Positions 9,358-20,800 of a DNA stretch of 64,000 nucleotides are shown here, piece by piece. The notes beneath the pieces are model-generated. The model saw only the letters and a program-made list of their open reading frames with translations, ran no database searches and had not been told where the DNA came from. A program made the position numbers and the translations under genes. Every line of letters starts with the position of its first letter. The stretch's first letter is position 1. The stretch lies in IMG/VR virus record IMGVR_UViG_3300048583_000198, positions 8,443 through 72,442 of that record. One strand, written 5' to 3'. The stretch is from a virus.

Positions 9358-9561
9358 ATGGCAATCATGAATCGGGGAGGAGAAATCCTCCCCGGTTTTG
9401 ATGCCGAGACCGGTAAAGCCATTGGCTTTACAGGAGCTGAGTGGCATTACCGTACCAAAGGCATGCGCCGTGAGTACAGTGTCGTCACCAACTCCATTCG
9501 TGTCTACGAAAACCAGAAACTACGATATGAGATCTACGCAACGGAGAGTGAACTTCGATGA
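9358..9561 (+). CDS. hypothetical protein
   Basis: Fills the gap in a tightly packed operon. Confidence 0.55.
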   Translation: MAIMNRGGEILPGFDAETGKAIGFTGAEWHYRTKGMRREYSVVTNSIRVYENQKLRYEIYATESELR

Positions 9562-9782
9562 TCGAACTCAAGCCTGATCTCACCGTTTCAGAAGCCATGA
9601 AGATCGACCAGCTTTGTGGCCGAATCCTGGGAGACATCGGAAGCATTCATGCTCGCATCACGCCTCAACAGGCTGATGGAAAAGCTGGACCCATGTCACC
9701 TGAGCTAGTAGCTTTGCGTCGACATGTCAGGGAGATTTCCGATGCAGTCCGAGACACCTACCCAGAACCCTTCTTCAAATAA
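9558..9782 (+). CDS. hypothetical protein
   Basis: ATGA overlap, GGAG RBS. Confidence 0.65.
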   Translation: MIELKPDLTVSEAMKIDQLCGRILGDIGSIHARITPQQADGKAGPMSPELVALRRHVREISDAVRDTYPEPFFK

Positions 9783-9993
9783 GGTAAGGCCCACGGTGTT
9801 CTACCGTGCGGACAGACCCCACTCATTTCAGATTGGGCAAAGCGCCTACTGCTACCCGATCAACCATCCAGAAATTTCTCGTGTGACAGGAGACGGCGAA
9901 ACTCCTGCCAAGACTTCTCCTGTCGTCGCACTCAACCATGTTACCGGTGAGTTCTGGACAACCAACACTCACTACGCTCCACTCATGCCATAG
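9724..9993 (+). CDS. hypothetical protein (start uncertain)
   Basis: ORF between neighbours; TSPVV...T.NT.Y pattern common in small phage proteins. Confidence 0.55.
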   Translation: MSGRFPMQSETPTQNPSSNKVRPTVFYRADRPHSFQIGQSAYCYPINHPEISRVTGDGETPAKTSPVVALNHVTGEFWTTNTHYAPLMP

Positions 9994-10001
9994 GATTTCT
10001 C

Positions 10002-11246
10002 ATGACCACTGAAAATTACAAGTACCTTGAAACTCAAGGTGCTCCGGTGAAGGCATGGGTGCACGGTGTGCAGCTCGAGGAAGCTGCCTGGAAGCAGCTG
10101 CGCAATGTCGCTGAGCTTCCCTTCATCTACAAGCACGTGGCTGCCATGCCTGATGTGCACTGGGGTATGGGCGCAACCGTTGGCAGCGTCATTGCCACCA
10201 AGGGTGCAATCATTCCGGCTGCTGTCGGTGTCGACATTGGCTGCGGCATGATGGCTGTTCAGACTTCTCTAGTTGCCAGCGATCTACCTGACAACCTCGG
10301 TTCTCTTCGGTCTCGTATCGAAGCTGCCATCCCGCATGGCCGTACCGACAACGGTGGAGCCAATGACCGTGGAGCTTGGAGCAACGTACCTGCCATGGTG
10401 GAGTCGGAGTTCTTTGGCGGCGGTAGCTCTACTTCGCTGCACAGCTCTCTGCAACGTATCGTAGCCAAGCACCCTTCCATTGCGAAGGCGGCTGAGCGTG
10501 CGCCTCGTCATGCCGGAACTCTCGGCACTGGCAACCATTTCATCGAGGTGTGTCTCGATGAGAATGACAACGTATGGGTGATGTTGCATTCCGGTAGCCG
10601 TGGGATCGGCAACCGTATTGGTAGCCACTTCATTGAGTTGGCCAAAGAAGAGATGCGCCAGTGGCACATCAACTTGCCAGACATCGACCTGGCCTACTTG
10701 CCGCAGGGTTCCAAGTATTTCCTGGACTACTGCGAGGCGGTGGGTTGGGCTCAAGAGTTTGCCCGTACCAACCGTGAGATCATGATGCGCGAAGCACTCA
10801 ATGCTCTCCAAACTGAGGTCAAGCCGTTTGACCTCACTGCAAAGGCAATCAACTGCCATCACAACTATGTTGCGTGGGAGCGACACTTCGGTGAGAACGT
10901 CATCGTCACTCGCAAGGGTGCGGTACGTGCGCAGAAGGACGATCTGGGAATCATCCCAGGCTCCATGGGAGCCCGTAGCTTCATCGTTCGTGGCAAGGGC
11001 AACCGTGAGTCCTTCTGCTCTTGCTCGCACGGCGCAGGCCGTCGTATGAGCCGTGGAGAGGCCAAACGCACCTTCACCCTGGCCGACCATGCACAAGCCA
11101 CGGCTGGCATTGAGTGCCGCAAAGACATCGACGTGCTGGATGAAACCCCCGGTGCGTACAAAGACATTGATGCGGTAATGGCGGCTCAAGCCGACCTAGT
11201 GGACATTGACCACATTCTGCATCAGGTGCTTTGCGTAAAGGGTTGA
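10002..11246 (+). CDS. rtcB: RtcB RNA ligase
   Basis: MPDVH.G.G, VGVDIGCGM, GTLGTGNHFIE, HSGSRG, HHNY, RKGA, PGSMG, SHGAGR, KG C-terminus. Confidence 0.97.
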   Translation: MTTENYKYLETQGAPVKAWVHGVQLEEAAWKQLRNVAELPFIYKHVAAMPDVHWGMGATVGSVIATKGAIIPAAVGVDIGCGMMAVQTSLVASDLPDNLGSLRSRIEAAIPHGRTDNGGANDRGAWSNVPAMVESEFFGGGSSTSLHSSLQRIVAKHPSIAKAAERAPRHAGTLGTGNHFIEVCLDENDNVWVMLHSGSRGIGNRIGSHFIELAKEEMRQWHINLPDIDLAYLPQGSKYFLDYCEAVGWAQEFARTNREIMMREALNALQTEVKPFDLTAKAINCHHNYVAWERHFGENVIVTRKGAVRAQKDDLGIIPGSMGARSFIVRGKGNRESFCSCSHGAGRRMSRGEAKRTFTLADHAQATAGIECRKDIDVLDETPGAYKDIDAVMAAQADLVDIDHILHQVLCVKG

Positions 11247-11262
11247 TGCTACACTTCCAATT

Positions 11263-11337
11263 CAGGGCGTAGTTCAGCGGTAGAATGTCTGCTTTGGGAG
11301 CAGATGGTCGAAGGTTCGAATCCTTCCGCCTTGACCA
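11263..11337 (+). tRNA. tRNA-Pro(UGG)
   Basis: CAGGGCG/CGCCTTG acceptor, TCTGC-TTTGGGA-GCAGA anticodon arm, GGTTCGAATCC, CCA. Confidence 0.95.
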
Positions 11338-11344
11338 GTTTCGT

Positions 11345-11431
11345 GGGTGAGCGGTGAAGTTGGAGAGTCACGGCAGACTGTAACCCTGCTGTCTTTTGGC
11401 TGAGTAGGTTCGAATCCTACCTTACCCACCA
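11345..11431 (+). tRNA. tRNA-Tyr(GUA)
   Basis: GGGTGAG/CTTACCC acceptor, CTGTAAC loop, long variable arm, GGTTCGAATCC, CCA. Confidence 0.92.
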
Positions 11432-11435
11432 CTTT

Positions 11436-11511
11436 AGGAAGATAGCTCAGCTGGTAGAGCATTCGACCGATAATCGAAAGGCCGCTGGTTCGAACCCAGC
11501 TCTTCCTACCA
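11436..11511 (+). tRNA. tRNA-Ile(GAU), with C33
   Basis: AGGAAGA/TCTTCCT acceptor, TTCGA-CCGATAA-TCGAA anticodon arm, GGTTCGAACCC, CCA. Confidence 0.93.
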
Positions 11512-11518
11512 TCCCTTC

Positions 11519-11704
11519 ATGAAACACATCAAATACAAATGTGGTTGCGTTGCTGAGCTTCACCGTGAAGCTTGGCATTCCCTCTGTCCGTTGCATGAGG
11601 CAGAATTCCAAGCCATCCATCAACGATGGGCTGAGGAGCACAAAGCACGTGTCCAGGACAATTCGCAAGAAGTTGAAGGGAAAAGGCAAAGCTCGAGACG
11701 GTGA
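11519..11704 (+). CDS. hypothetical protein
   Basis: Short ORF with CGC...CPLH. Confidence 0.5.
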   Translation: MKHIKYKCGCVAELHREAWHSLCPLHEAEFQAIHQRWAEEHKARVQDNSQEVEGKRQSSRR

Positions 11705-11801
11705 GGATCTTCGTCCGTCTCGAGGCTGTCGCCATCACGGTCCCTGCGCGTGGTGTGCACAGGGCCGTACTCATTCGACTCGTCGTCGAGCCCCTGCTTA
11801 G
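11649..11801 (+). CDS. small basic Cys/His protein
   Basis: GAGGAG then GTG; MSRTIRKK...CRHHGPCAWC; converges on the vRNAP stop. Confidence 0.55.
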   Translation: MSRTIRKKLKGKGKARDGEDLRPSRGCRHHGPCAWCAQGRTHSTRRRAPA

Positions 11802-14800
11802 AACACCTTGGAGTGAATCGTCGCCGTAGGCGAACCCCACATCTGATCCAATCCCGTTGAGTTGTCGATGCCACGCTCGTAGATAGCACCGTCCAACGGT
11901 CCCGGAGTCCCCACAACATTGCCCAGCCCCTGGGACACAAAGAACGAAAAGGGATTTTTCCGGAAGCGGTTCAACAGCACGTTCTGTGCACGCAACGTGA
12001 ACTGACTCCACCAAATCATTCCGTACGTTTCGAGCGATGCACGCATCCGGCCAGGGTTGGTCTGATACGAAATCAACTCATCACGCACTTCATCACGTGC
12101 CTTTTCAACGGTTGCACCGTTCTCAATCATGTGCTGGAAGATCGCATAGCGTGCCAGGAAGTCACCCGCCTGAATCGCCTTTGATAGCGCATCATGTAGA
12201 GTACTGTCCTTTGCAAACAGTGCATTGGCCAGAATGGTTGGTGCCTTCGGGTGAACCTTCTCACGCAGATGGTTGTTCATCCAGCCAGCCAGATCACCCA
12301 GGTAGCTGTGTGACGGACTCTCTTCGAGACCTTCCGGCAGATCACTCAGCTCACCGGCTTCGATCAATGGGTAGATCGACAGGCGCTCAATCGAACGACG
12401 CTTTGCCGTCTGTATGGTGCGGAGACGTTCTTTCTCCACATCATCGGTTGTGCCAGCAATCTGGATGCGCAGCTGAATGACTTCCCGCTGCAGTCGGTTG
12501 TATGCCTGCACTTCCCGCATACCCTGTCGGTACCACTTCGCCATACGGGAAGGCGGTACGCCGTTGGCAATGACGAGATGCATTGCGCTCTGGAAGTTCT
12601 GGTAGGCAACCACCAAGCTTCGAACGATGATCAAGTCCTTTGCGGTGGCAACACCTTCCTTAAGTGCCTGTTCAGCTGCAAGGAAAATCTGTGTGCCCTT
12701 CGGTCCAGCAAACACCGTCTGGATGAGACCCAACAGAATCTTGCGCGTATCAGGATTCAACGACGCATCGCCCGTGTAGATCTCGAGCGCACCTGCGTTG
12801 TGATAGCCAATCGTGTTGGCCAACAGATCCTTGCGGACCATCACTGGGCCACCAAACGCATCAGCCAGATCGCGCTTGATGTCAGCCGGGATGTTCTCCC
12901 ACGCACGCGCCACCTGCTTGTCGGTGCTCGAATTCACCATTTCATATTCGGCTTCACGTCCAGCGTCTTTACCTTCCTTCCACTGGTTCACCATCAGCTT
13001 GATGGCTTCCTGGTTCAATCGACGAGCCATGTTCTCTTCGGTGATACGACCGAGCTTCTTGCCGATTGAAACGTGGAGAAGCGTGTTGTTGCCCTTCAAG
13101 CTCTCGCGGACGATGGTCGGGTCGAGCATGCGCTCGTAGCCCATCACTTCACCCTGGAAGTTGAACACTGCTACAAGGTTGCTGTCACGGCCCTTGGTGC
13201 GCTGGATATAGCTGACAACCTGCTGGTTACTCAGCATCGTCCCAACCTCCGGCGTCACAGAAGCGGCGGTGGTGTAATTGATACCCATCGCGGTCTGCTG
13301 CACGGTTGCAATGATGCCCTGCGAGAACACTGGCGGCGGCGTGTAACGACGGCTGTAGTAGTACAGATCGCTTTCCGGATCGCCAGAAGTCTGCGGATAC
13401 TTCTTGCCCTTGATGTAGCCGAGCTGCTCGAGCTGTGCTCCCTTAATGCCATTGGCGATGACCACGGATGAACGTGGGTCAGTCGACATGGGGAGACTGT
13501 CCTTCCAGTAGACATACCGGTACTCAGTACGCTGGTGCTGCTGTTCAGCTTCCTTAACGTGCTTGAGCATGCCCACGAGCTTGTCCATGGACTCGGGGTG
13601 AGCCCTGAAGTATTGGCCCACCTTGGCTCGCTCAGAGGCCGCCAGGTACTCGATGGCGTACAGGGTGACCAACTGATCGGCATCGGCCACAAGGCTGTCT
13701 GGAGCCGTTCTGCGACGGCCATTGAGGTCATCTGCGATGGCTCGAGCATTGCGCAGCAGTTCCTGGGCAATCCCCGGCTTCGGCTTGCGGTGCACGAGGT
13801 AGTAACCCAGGTTCTGAGCGTCGATGTAATTATCAACTTTAGATTCAAGAACGGTGATCATCCGCCGACGCTCAGCATCGTTAAGGTACATCTCAGCCGC
13901 CGAGCTACCCAGCACACTGACATCCAACCGGCCAAAGGCTTCGAACAGCGTGTTCCAGCCGTCGAAGTCCTCCGGGAAAAGTTTGCTCAGTTCCCTGGGG
14001 AGCGTGTTGTCGAACATGGAACGGGTCTGGTTGATCGCCGTCATCATGGCGTTGTGCGCCCGATAGATGAGTCGGCCATCGCCCTTAGTGCCAGCCAAAG
14101 CAGCAACCAGATCCTGGAGCCAACGCTGATCGGTGTGCGTGTTCACAGCTGCAATCAGACCGCTTCCAAAGGCCGCAGCGCCCTTCTCAGTGGTCAAGGC
14201 AGCGATGCCCTTGAGCAACGTGTCGACGTACTGTGGGGCACGTGGAGCGGCGTCAGCGGCTTTCTGGCCAAGCTTCTCCATCATCCGGTTACCAAGGCGG
14301 TCCAGACGGCTGGTCACCGTGGCGTAGTAGCTCTGCTCCAAGTCCTTCTCAACCAGCATTGCTGAAATGGCTTCATTCAGCATGTTGCCGCCTGAATCCT
14401 GTTGAGCATTGTTGAGTGCCTTGTCTATTAAGGCATCAGCAAGAGTCTGCTCATCCCGACCAGCCCACAGCCGGTTCAGCTGTGCACCGAAGGTCGGCTC
14501 AACAGCAGCCAGTGCCATGACGGCTGCTACGACATCAGGCGACTTGTTGAACAGGTTCTTCTGAGGATGCTTCGAGAACGTGGCATCCACAAACTGCTCG
14601 AGTTCGGGAGACCGCTGACCCACACGCAACAGCGTGTAGACACGGGTGAACAAACGCTGCTGTTCTGGCGACAAGTTGTATGCCGTCACTGCCATGGCTT
14701 GAGTAGCGAGGTTCTCGCGCTGCACGCCAGCCAGCTGAATGTTCTGTCCCTGGGCCATACGCTGGAACAGATCGACGTACGCATCTTCAGTCAGCTGCTC

Positions 14801-17800
14801 AAGCGTAGCCAAACCGTCTTCTGGGACATGCTGACTCAACCGAGTCGACACACCGTCAACGAGTCGGGCATCAGCCGGTACGCTGTCAGTCAAACTGCGG
14901 AACACATCCATGGCTTCGTTGTAGAAGTCATTGGCCGGTTCAATCTTGATGATGAAGCGCAGGATTTGCTTGACGCGGTTGATCACGCGCTGAACAAAAC
15001 CAGGCGACAATTCTTCGATCACCGCGTCTTCGGTGAACACGTACGCCAACATTTCGCCCAGCTCATCTTGTGGCTGACCGTGCCAGTCATACGAAGTCAT
15101 GACTCGCTGCACAAACCCAACGCGGCCAACGGCTGGCAACTTCTTGAACCGTTCCATGAGCTGCACGAGATCGTTAATTGGACCACGCAGCTCTACTGGC
15201 ACCTGATTGATGTTCGAGAAGAAGTTGTCGATGTGTCGCGTGAAGATTGTGTGAATCAACTCATGCAGCATCACCGAGGGTGAAGCCACCTTGAGCATGA
15301 TGAAGCTGCCGGACGCAACGCCGGTCGTCACGCTGAAGCGGTGCTTGTGCATGCCACGCTGTTCAATCGTGTTGTTCCAGGCTTCTTCCGTGTCAGCAAG
15401 TTCCACCGACAGGTCAGCTGGCAGCAGGTTACGGATACGCTTCCAGACCGTACGATGGATGGCATTCTTCCATTTCATCGCATCCAGGGCAGCGATTACT
15501 GCCGCACGATCGAGCTTCTTGTTGTTCACTTCGAAGGAAGTCTTCAGACCCTGATCTGTTTTCACCGTGCTCACAGATGCCTTGCCCGTCAGGCGGACAT
15601 TTCGGAATACGGGCTCACCATCGTCCGTCTGCAGATTGTCCGTGCGCAGAACTTGGTTCTCGCGGATCTTCTCTTCAAGTTCGGCATCGCTGTACCGAGA
15701 CTCAAACGTGATGATGCCTGCTCGCTTAGCACGCAGGTACATACGGATTGCGCTCGGGTGAACACTCTTGTCCGAGTCGTAAGCCACCCCAGCATCAGCC
15801 GCCATCTGCAACACCTTCACCAGACGCCGCAGCCCCGCACTCATGCCGTTCACAAGGCTTGGCTTAGCCGTGAAGGTATTGCGACCACGCCAACGCGGTC
15901 CCTTCATAATCACGTCAATGAAGCCTTCCTCGTCTTCAATACGGGTGGCTTCCGGATGCTTGTACTGATCTGGGTAACGGCCAGCTTCACGTGGACCCAC
16001 TTCAGAGATGTCAGCAACCTGAGTACGAGGAGCGTCTTCCTCGAGCGATAGCTCGAAGTCGAAATCAAGCGACGCACTGCTGCGCACTTCACCACCAGGC
16101 GTGTTGAATTTGCCACCACCACCCATTTGATAAACGGTGTGCTTACCAGCAAGCAGCTCTTCTTGGCCGGTACGCTGTTCTCGATGTAGCTGGTTAAACT
16201 CGTCAACCGCTTCATTGAACCGAGAAGCCCATGAAGCAAAATCCTCGATGAACATCTTCTCATTGGGCTGCATGCTGTTGAAGGTATCAACGAGTGCATT
16301 GCGCTCAGTCTCAGTCGCTGCATCTAACAAGATCCGCATATCAGCAACCATTCCCTGGAAGCTGTTCAGAATGTCAAAGCCAGCTGTGGCCCACACGGCT
16401 TCATTCAAGGCCGTTCCAGCGGCCTCAATGTCGGTGACCTTCAGATCAATACCGTCGAACACGTTCGTGGCATTCCACGCTTTCTGGAAGAAGCGAACAC
16501 CCATCGAAGCATCGCCACCCGAGATGGTGAGCAAGGCCAGGATGCTGACACCGACAGGACGAGGCGCAGGCGAGTCGAGATTGGCATCCATCGAAGTACC
16601 AAGACCCGTGATGGACGTTGCGTTTGGATTGAAGTCAGTGTTGTTCAAGCTGACGGTCTTGGGACCGTTGAGCGTGTTGAACGACAGGTCAATCGTTTCA
16701 GACATCAGGCGGTCATACTCGTCACGGCTGAGATCGTACAAACCAGTCTTCTTGTACTTCTCAAGCAGCGCCGCATTCTCAGGCTTAGCTTTGATCCATT
16801 CCTGAAGCTTTTGGTCCCACTGAACCTTCTTCATCATGTAGGCAAAGTTGGTCAGCTTAACCAGAGTATTGGTGACCTGCACAACACGACCTTTCTCACC
16901 GCCGTAAGCTTTGCTCATTGCAGAAGCCAAACCATCTAATGAGCGATGCCAGCGCACAGCATCCCAATTTTTGGCCTTGCTTAGCTGCTTTACATCCATG
17001 CCAAAACTTTCGTGGCCACGGAGCAACGTCTCAAGATGGCCCATCTGAGCCACCAGCTGCTGACGACGAGTTTCATCCGTCGTTCGATCCAATTCGTTCT
17101 TGGCTTTGATCCAGTTGAGATTGATGTTACGTACAACATCACTCCATAGTTGACGTTTAATCCCTGTTGGTCCACCGCCATATTGAACAGGAATCACGGC
17201 CAGCTTACCGGCATCTCGACGGAAGAGAACTTGAGGAAGACCCTTCACCTCAACACGCTCGCCGTTGAATACAACGGACATGTTCGGCGTTTCCTTCGTT
17301 TGAGGCAACACCTCAATGAGTCCAGCTGCTTCAAGCAGGAACAACTGACCCTTCAGCGGATTGATCAGGTTCGGATACTGCTTGAGAAGATCAGCCAGTC
17401 CCTTCACGAAGTGATAGCGAGCACGCATGTTGATGCGGCCATAGAAGTCGTCGCTCTCGTATGCTTCACGCATACGATCACGCTCAGTCTCGTAGGTTGC
17501 ATCCTGCTTATCCAGGAATAAGCCGCCCTGCTCAAGGTTGGCTCCATTACGCACACCCAAGCCGAAGAACAGTTCGGTGTTGAATGCACCGTTGGTCTTG
17601 CCGTCAATTTCGAACATCAAGTAGTTCGTGAACGTGCCCTTACCATCCTGAGCAAGGATGCGACCGTAAGTCAACAGAGCCGCCAGCTCACGAGGGCTGT
17701 AAGGCTTGTCACGGTTTTCCTTCAGTGCTGCAAGCAGTGCAGCCTGATCAGTGCGAGCTGCCCATACCTTCTTGGCAAGAGCAGCGTGCTTACTGCGAAT

Positions 17801-20800
17801 CTTCTCCCATTCACGAAGTACTGAAGCCGGATCATTGATGTCAGTCTTGACGCCAAATGCCTGAGCCAAAGTCATCTGCATGTACTTGGCATGATTCGGA
17901 TCGTCAAGATTCAACTCCTCTTCTGCGGAGGAGAACATGTCACGCACAAACTTGTTGTTCTGCGGACCCATCACGGTCTTGACGCGGTTGTTGATACCGA
18001 TGTGGTACTTGTAGAACAAGCCCTTGGCACCACCCTCCGTTAGCTCGTGGTATTTGCGTACTGCAGCAAACTCCATCGTGAGTCGCTCGTTCTGGCTCTT
18101 GAGCCATTCACGCACGCTCGAGGGAACGGTGCCGTCATCTTTCTCGGGCACAGCGCCATACCAACCGGTGAGAACCTGCTTCATCAGGTCATCGCCCAGC
18201 GTAGTGAACATGCCATACATGTCGCCAAACAGACCATGGCGAACCTTTTGCAGGTTCTCCAGGGCAGTCTGCATCGGTGCAGAAAGCTTCGTCCTGGTGT
18301 ACTGAATCGTGTTGTCGACTTCAGTATGCGGCTCAGACTGCGCTTCCCATACACGCTCACCATCCAGCTGTTCCTGCACAGCGTCGATGGTATTCATATT
18401 GTTCTTAGCAGCGTTCCGGGCAGACTCGGTTGGGACCAGAATCTGCATGGTATCCATGTACGAGGCATCGCTGAGCGTACCGTCCGAGGTCGCCTCCAGC
18501 GTGCGCAGATTCGTGTTGTTCCATGCATCCGTTTCTGGATTGAAGTCTGCCTTCATGTCGAAGTTTTGGGACTCAATCAGAGCAGCGAGCGTTGAGAGCC
18601 CATAAGACAGGAACGTGCCCTGCGAAATGTCGAGGCTGGCGCTACGCTTTGCCGTGACACCGAGCAAGGTCATCGCAACGTCAGCGATATCCTGTGCCCA
18701 CACTTCCTTGAAGATGTCACGCGACAGTCGACCTTGCTCATCGACAAGCTCACCTGTGAACTTGGCGGAGTTGCGGAACATGACGATAGCGCCAGCCCAG
18801 GCAAATGCCTTGATCACTTCGTCAGGCACCGACATCTTGCCGCTCTCTTCTTTCTGCCAGAGTGCGGATGCAACGCCGTACGGCTTATCCAGGTAGTCTT
18901 CCTTACCGGACTGCGCGATATCGAGGATGCCCTGCTGGAGAATGCCACGACGAGTGCCATCCTTGAACTTCGGACCCTTGCCAGCCAGCAGTTGATAAAG
19001 AGCACCGGCCTCACTGCGATAGAGATCGAACGCAGTTGAGGTCTCTTCACCACGGGTAACGGTCATTGACTTGAACTTCTCAAGCCAACCATCAACCGTA
19101 TTCGCTGGGTCGATGTTGAACCACGTGGCCAGACTGTCCCGCGCCCAGCTTGTTACTGCGAGGAGGGGGTTTTGCGTTTGAGGCTGCGGAGCAGATTCCT
19201 GAGCAGTGTTGCTATCAACCCCAGCGTCAGGAACACCAGCAGGCTCTGCTGGAGGATTCTCTCGAGCCAACCTGGCTTCAACATCTCGCTCGTAGGCTCG
19301 GACGGCTTCTCGTTCGGCTGCATCTTCCTTCTCCTGTTCTAGGCGAACTTTCTCTTCTGCAGCCAACTTCTCAGCCGCATCCTTTCGAGCAGCTGCTTCA
19401 GCTGCTTTCGTTTTCTTTTCGTCACGAGCAATCCTCTCTTCTTCAACCTTTTCAGTTGCCTGAATAGCTGCACGCTCAGCACGAGCCTCTCGCTCAGCTT
19501 CCGTTTCAGCCTTTTTCTGGGCAGCCTCCTCCTCAGCTTTCTTCTTGGCTTCAGCCAGGATAGCGGCATTCGGAGATTCTTCCTGAGGCTGAGCAGCAGC
19601 TTGTCGAGCAGCAATGATGGCATCGAGCTTAGCCTTCTCAGCGGCAGCTCGTTCCATGGATGCAGCAGCGAGCTGTGGGGCAGTCTTCGCAACTGTGTCC
19701 CACATGCGCTCAGCTTCAGCAACGTCAGCCAACACTTCATTGACCATGTTGCGGGAAGCTTCAGAACCACGGCCACTGATGTAGATGCGGAATGGATTAC
19801 CCACTCGCTTGCCATCTTCATCTAGCGTGGCAGTGCCTTCGACTTCCACGTAGTTGGTCTTAAGGTATTCGGCGTACTCAGGCTTACGAACGTTCTCAGG
19901 CTTCCTAAGCAAGTCAACAAGTTCGCCAGCCTTCCTGAACGCTTCACCGCGTGCACGAAGATGTTGAAGGAATCCAGCCGCCTTGGTGGCTGCGCCAATC
20001 GGAGCCTTGGTGTCAGATACACCTTCGACACGCAGGGCTGAGGCAATACCGTTGATGTAGTCCAACATGCCACGCTTGCGAGTGGCTGCTTTACCCGTCG
20101 ACCGATTCTCCCAACCCTTGTTGAGGATCTGTTCACGGGTTTCTTCAGTCTTGGAAGTCGGACCAGGACGAGCCACTGCAGCAGGAATCTTTTTGAGTTC
20201 CTGCACGAGCGGCTTCAGAGGCTCAGGGACAGCTTCAATCGGCAGACGGGCAATGTTCACCGCTGCCACTGCCTGCACCGTCTGCTGGGCTTCTACGTCG
20301 CCCTGGTTGGCTGCTTCAACAGCTGCAGCGATCTCTTCGTCGCTCTTCTGAGCAATCTGTGCCTTGGCTTCGTCGATCTTACCGGCAGTTGCCAGTTCCT
20401 CAGATTGAATGATGGCCTTGGCCTGAGCCTCGTCTACTTCACCATCTTCAGTTCGAGTGATGTCAGCACGAGTCTCGAGTGCATTGGCCGTGAGGACAGC
20501 CTCTACATCAGAGTCGGCACTCTTTGCCGGAGCCACTTCACCAACAGGCAGTTTATATGAAGTCGGTTGAGTTGCGTTCTCTTCCGTTGAAGGCTCAGAA
20601 ACGACTGGAGCCGTTTCTACAGCGGGCTCACCAGATGAGCCTGTGCTGTCGGGAACCGTTTCTTCGACTGCCGCCGTAGATTGGATCACCTCCTCGGAAT
20701 TCGGAGTAGCTTCGATTGCCTCAGAAGCAGCCGCAACAGCCGCACCTTCAGGCGTTTGAGCACGCGATTTGAGACCAGAAGCGGCTGCGGCCAGCCCTTG

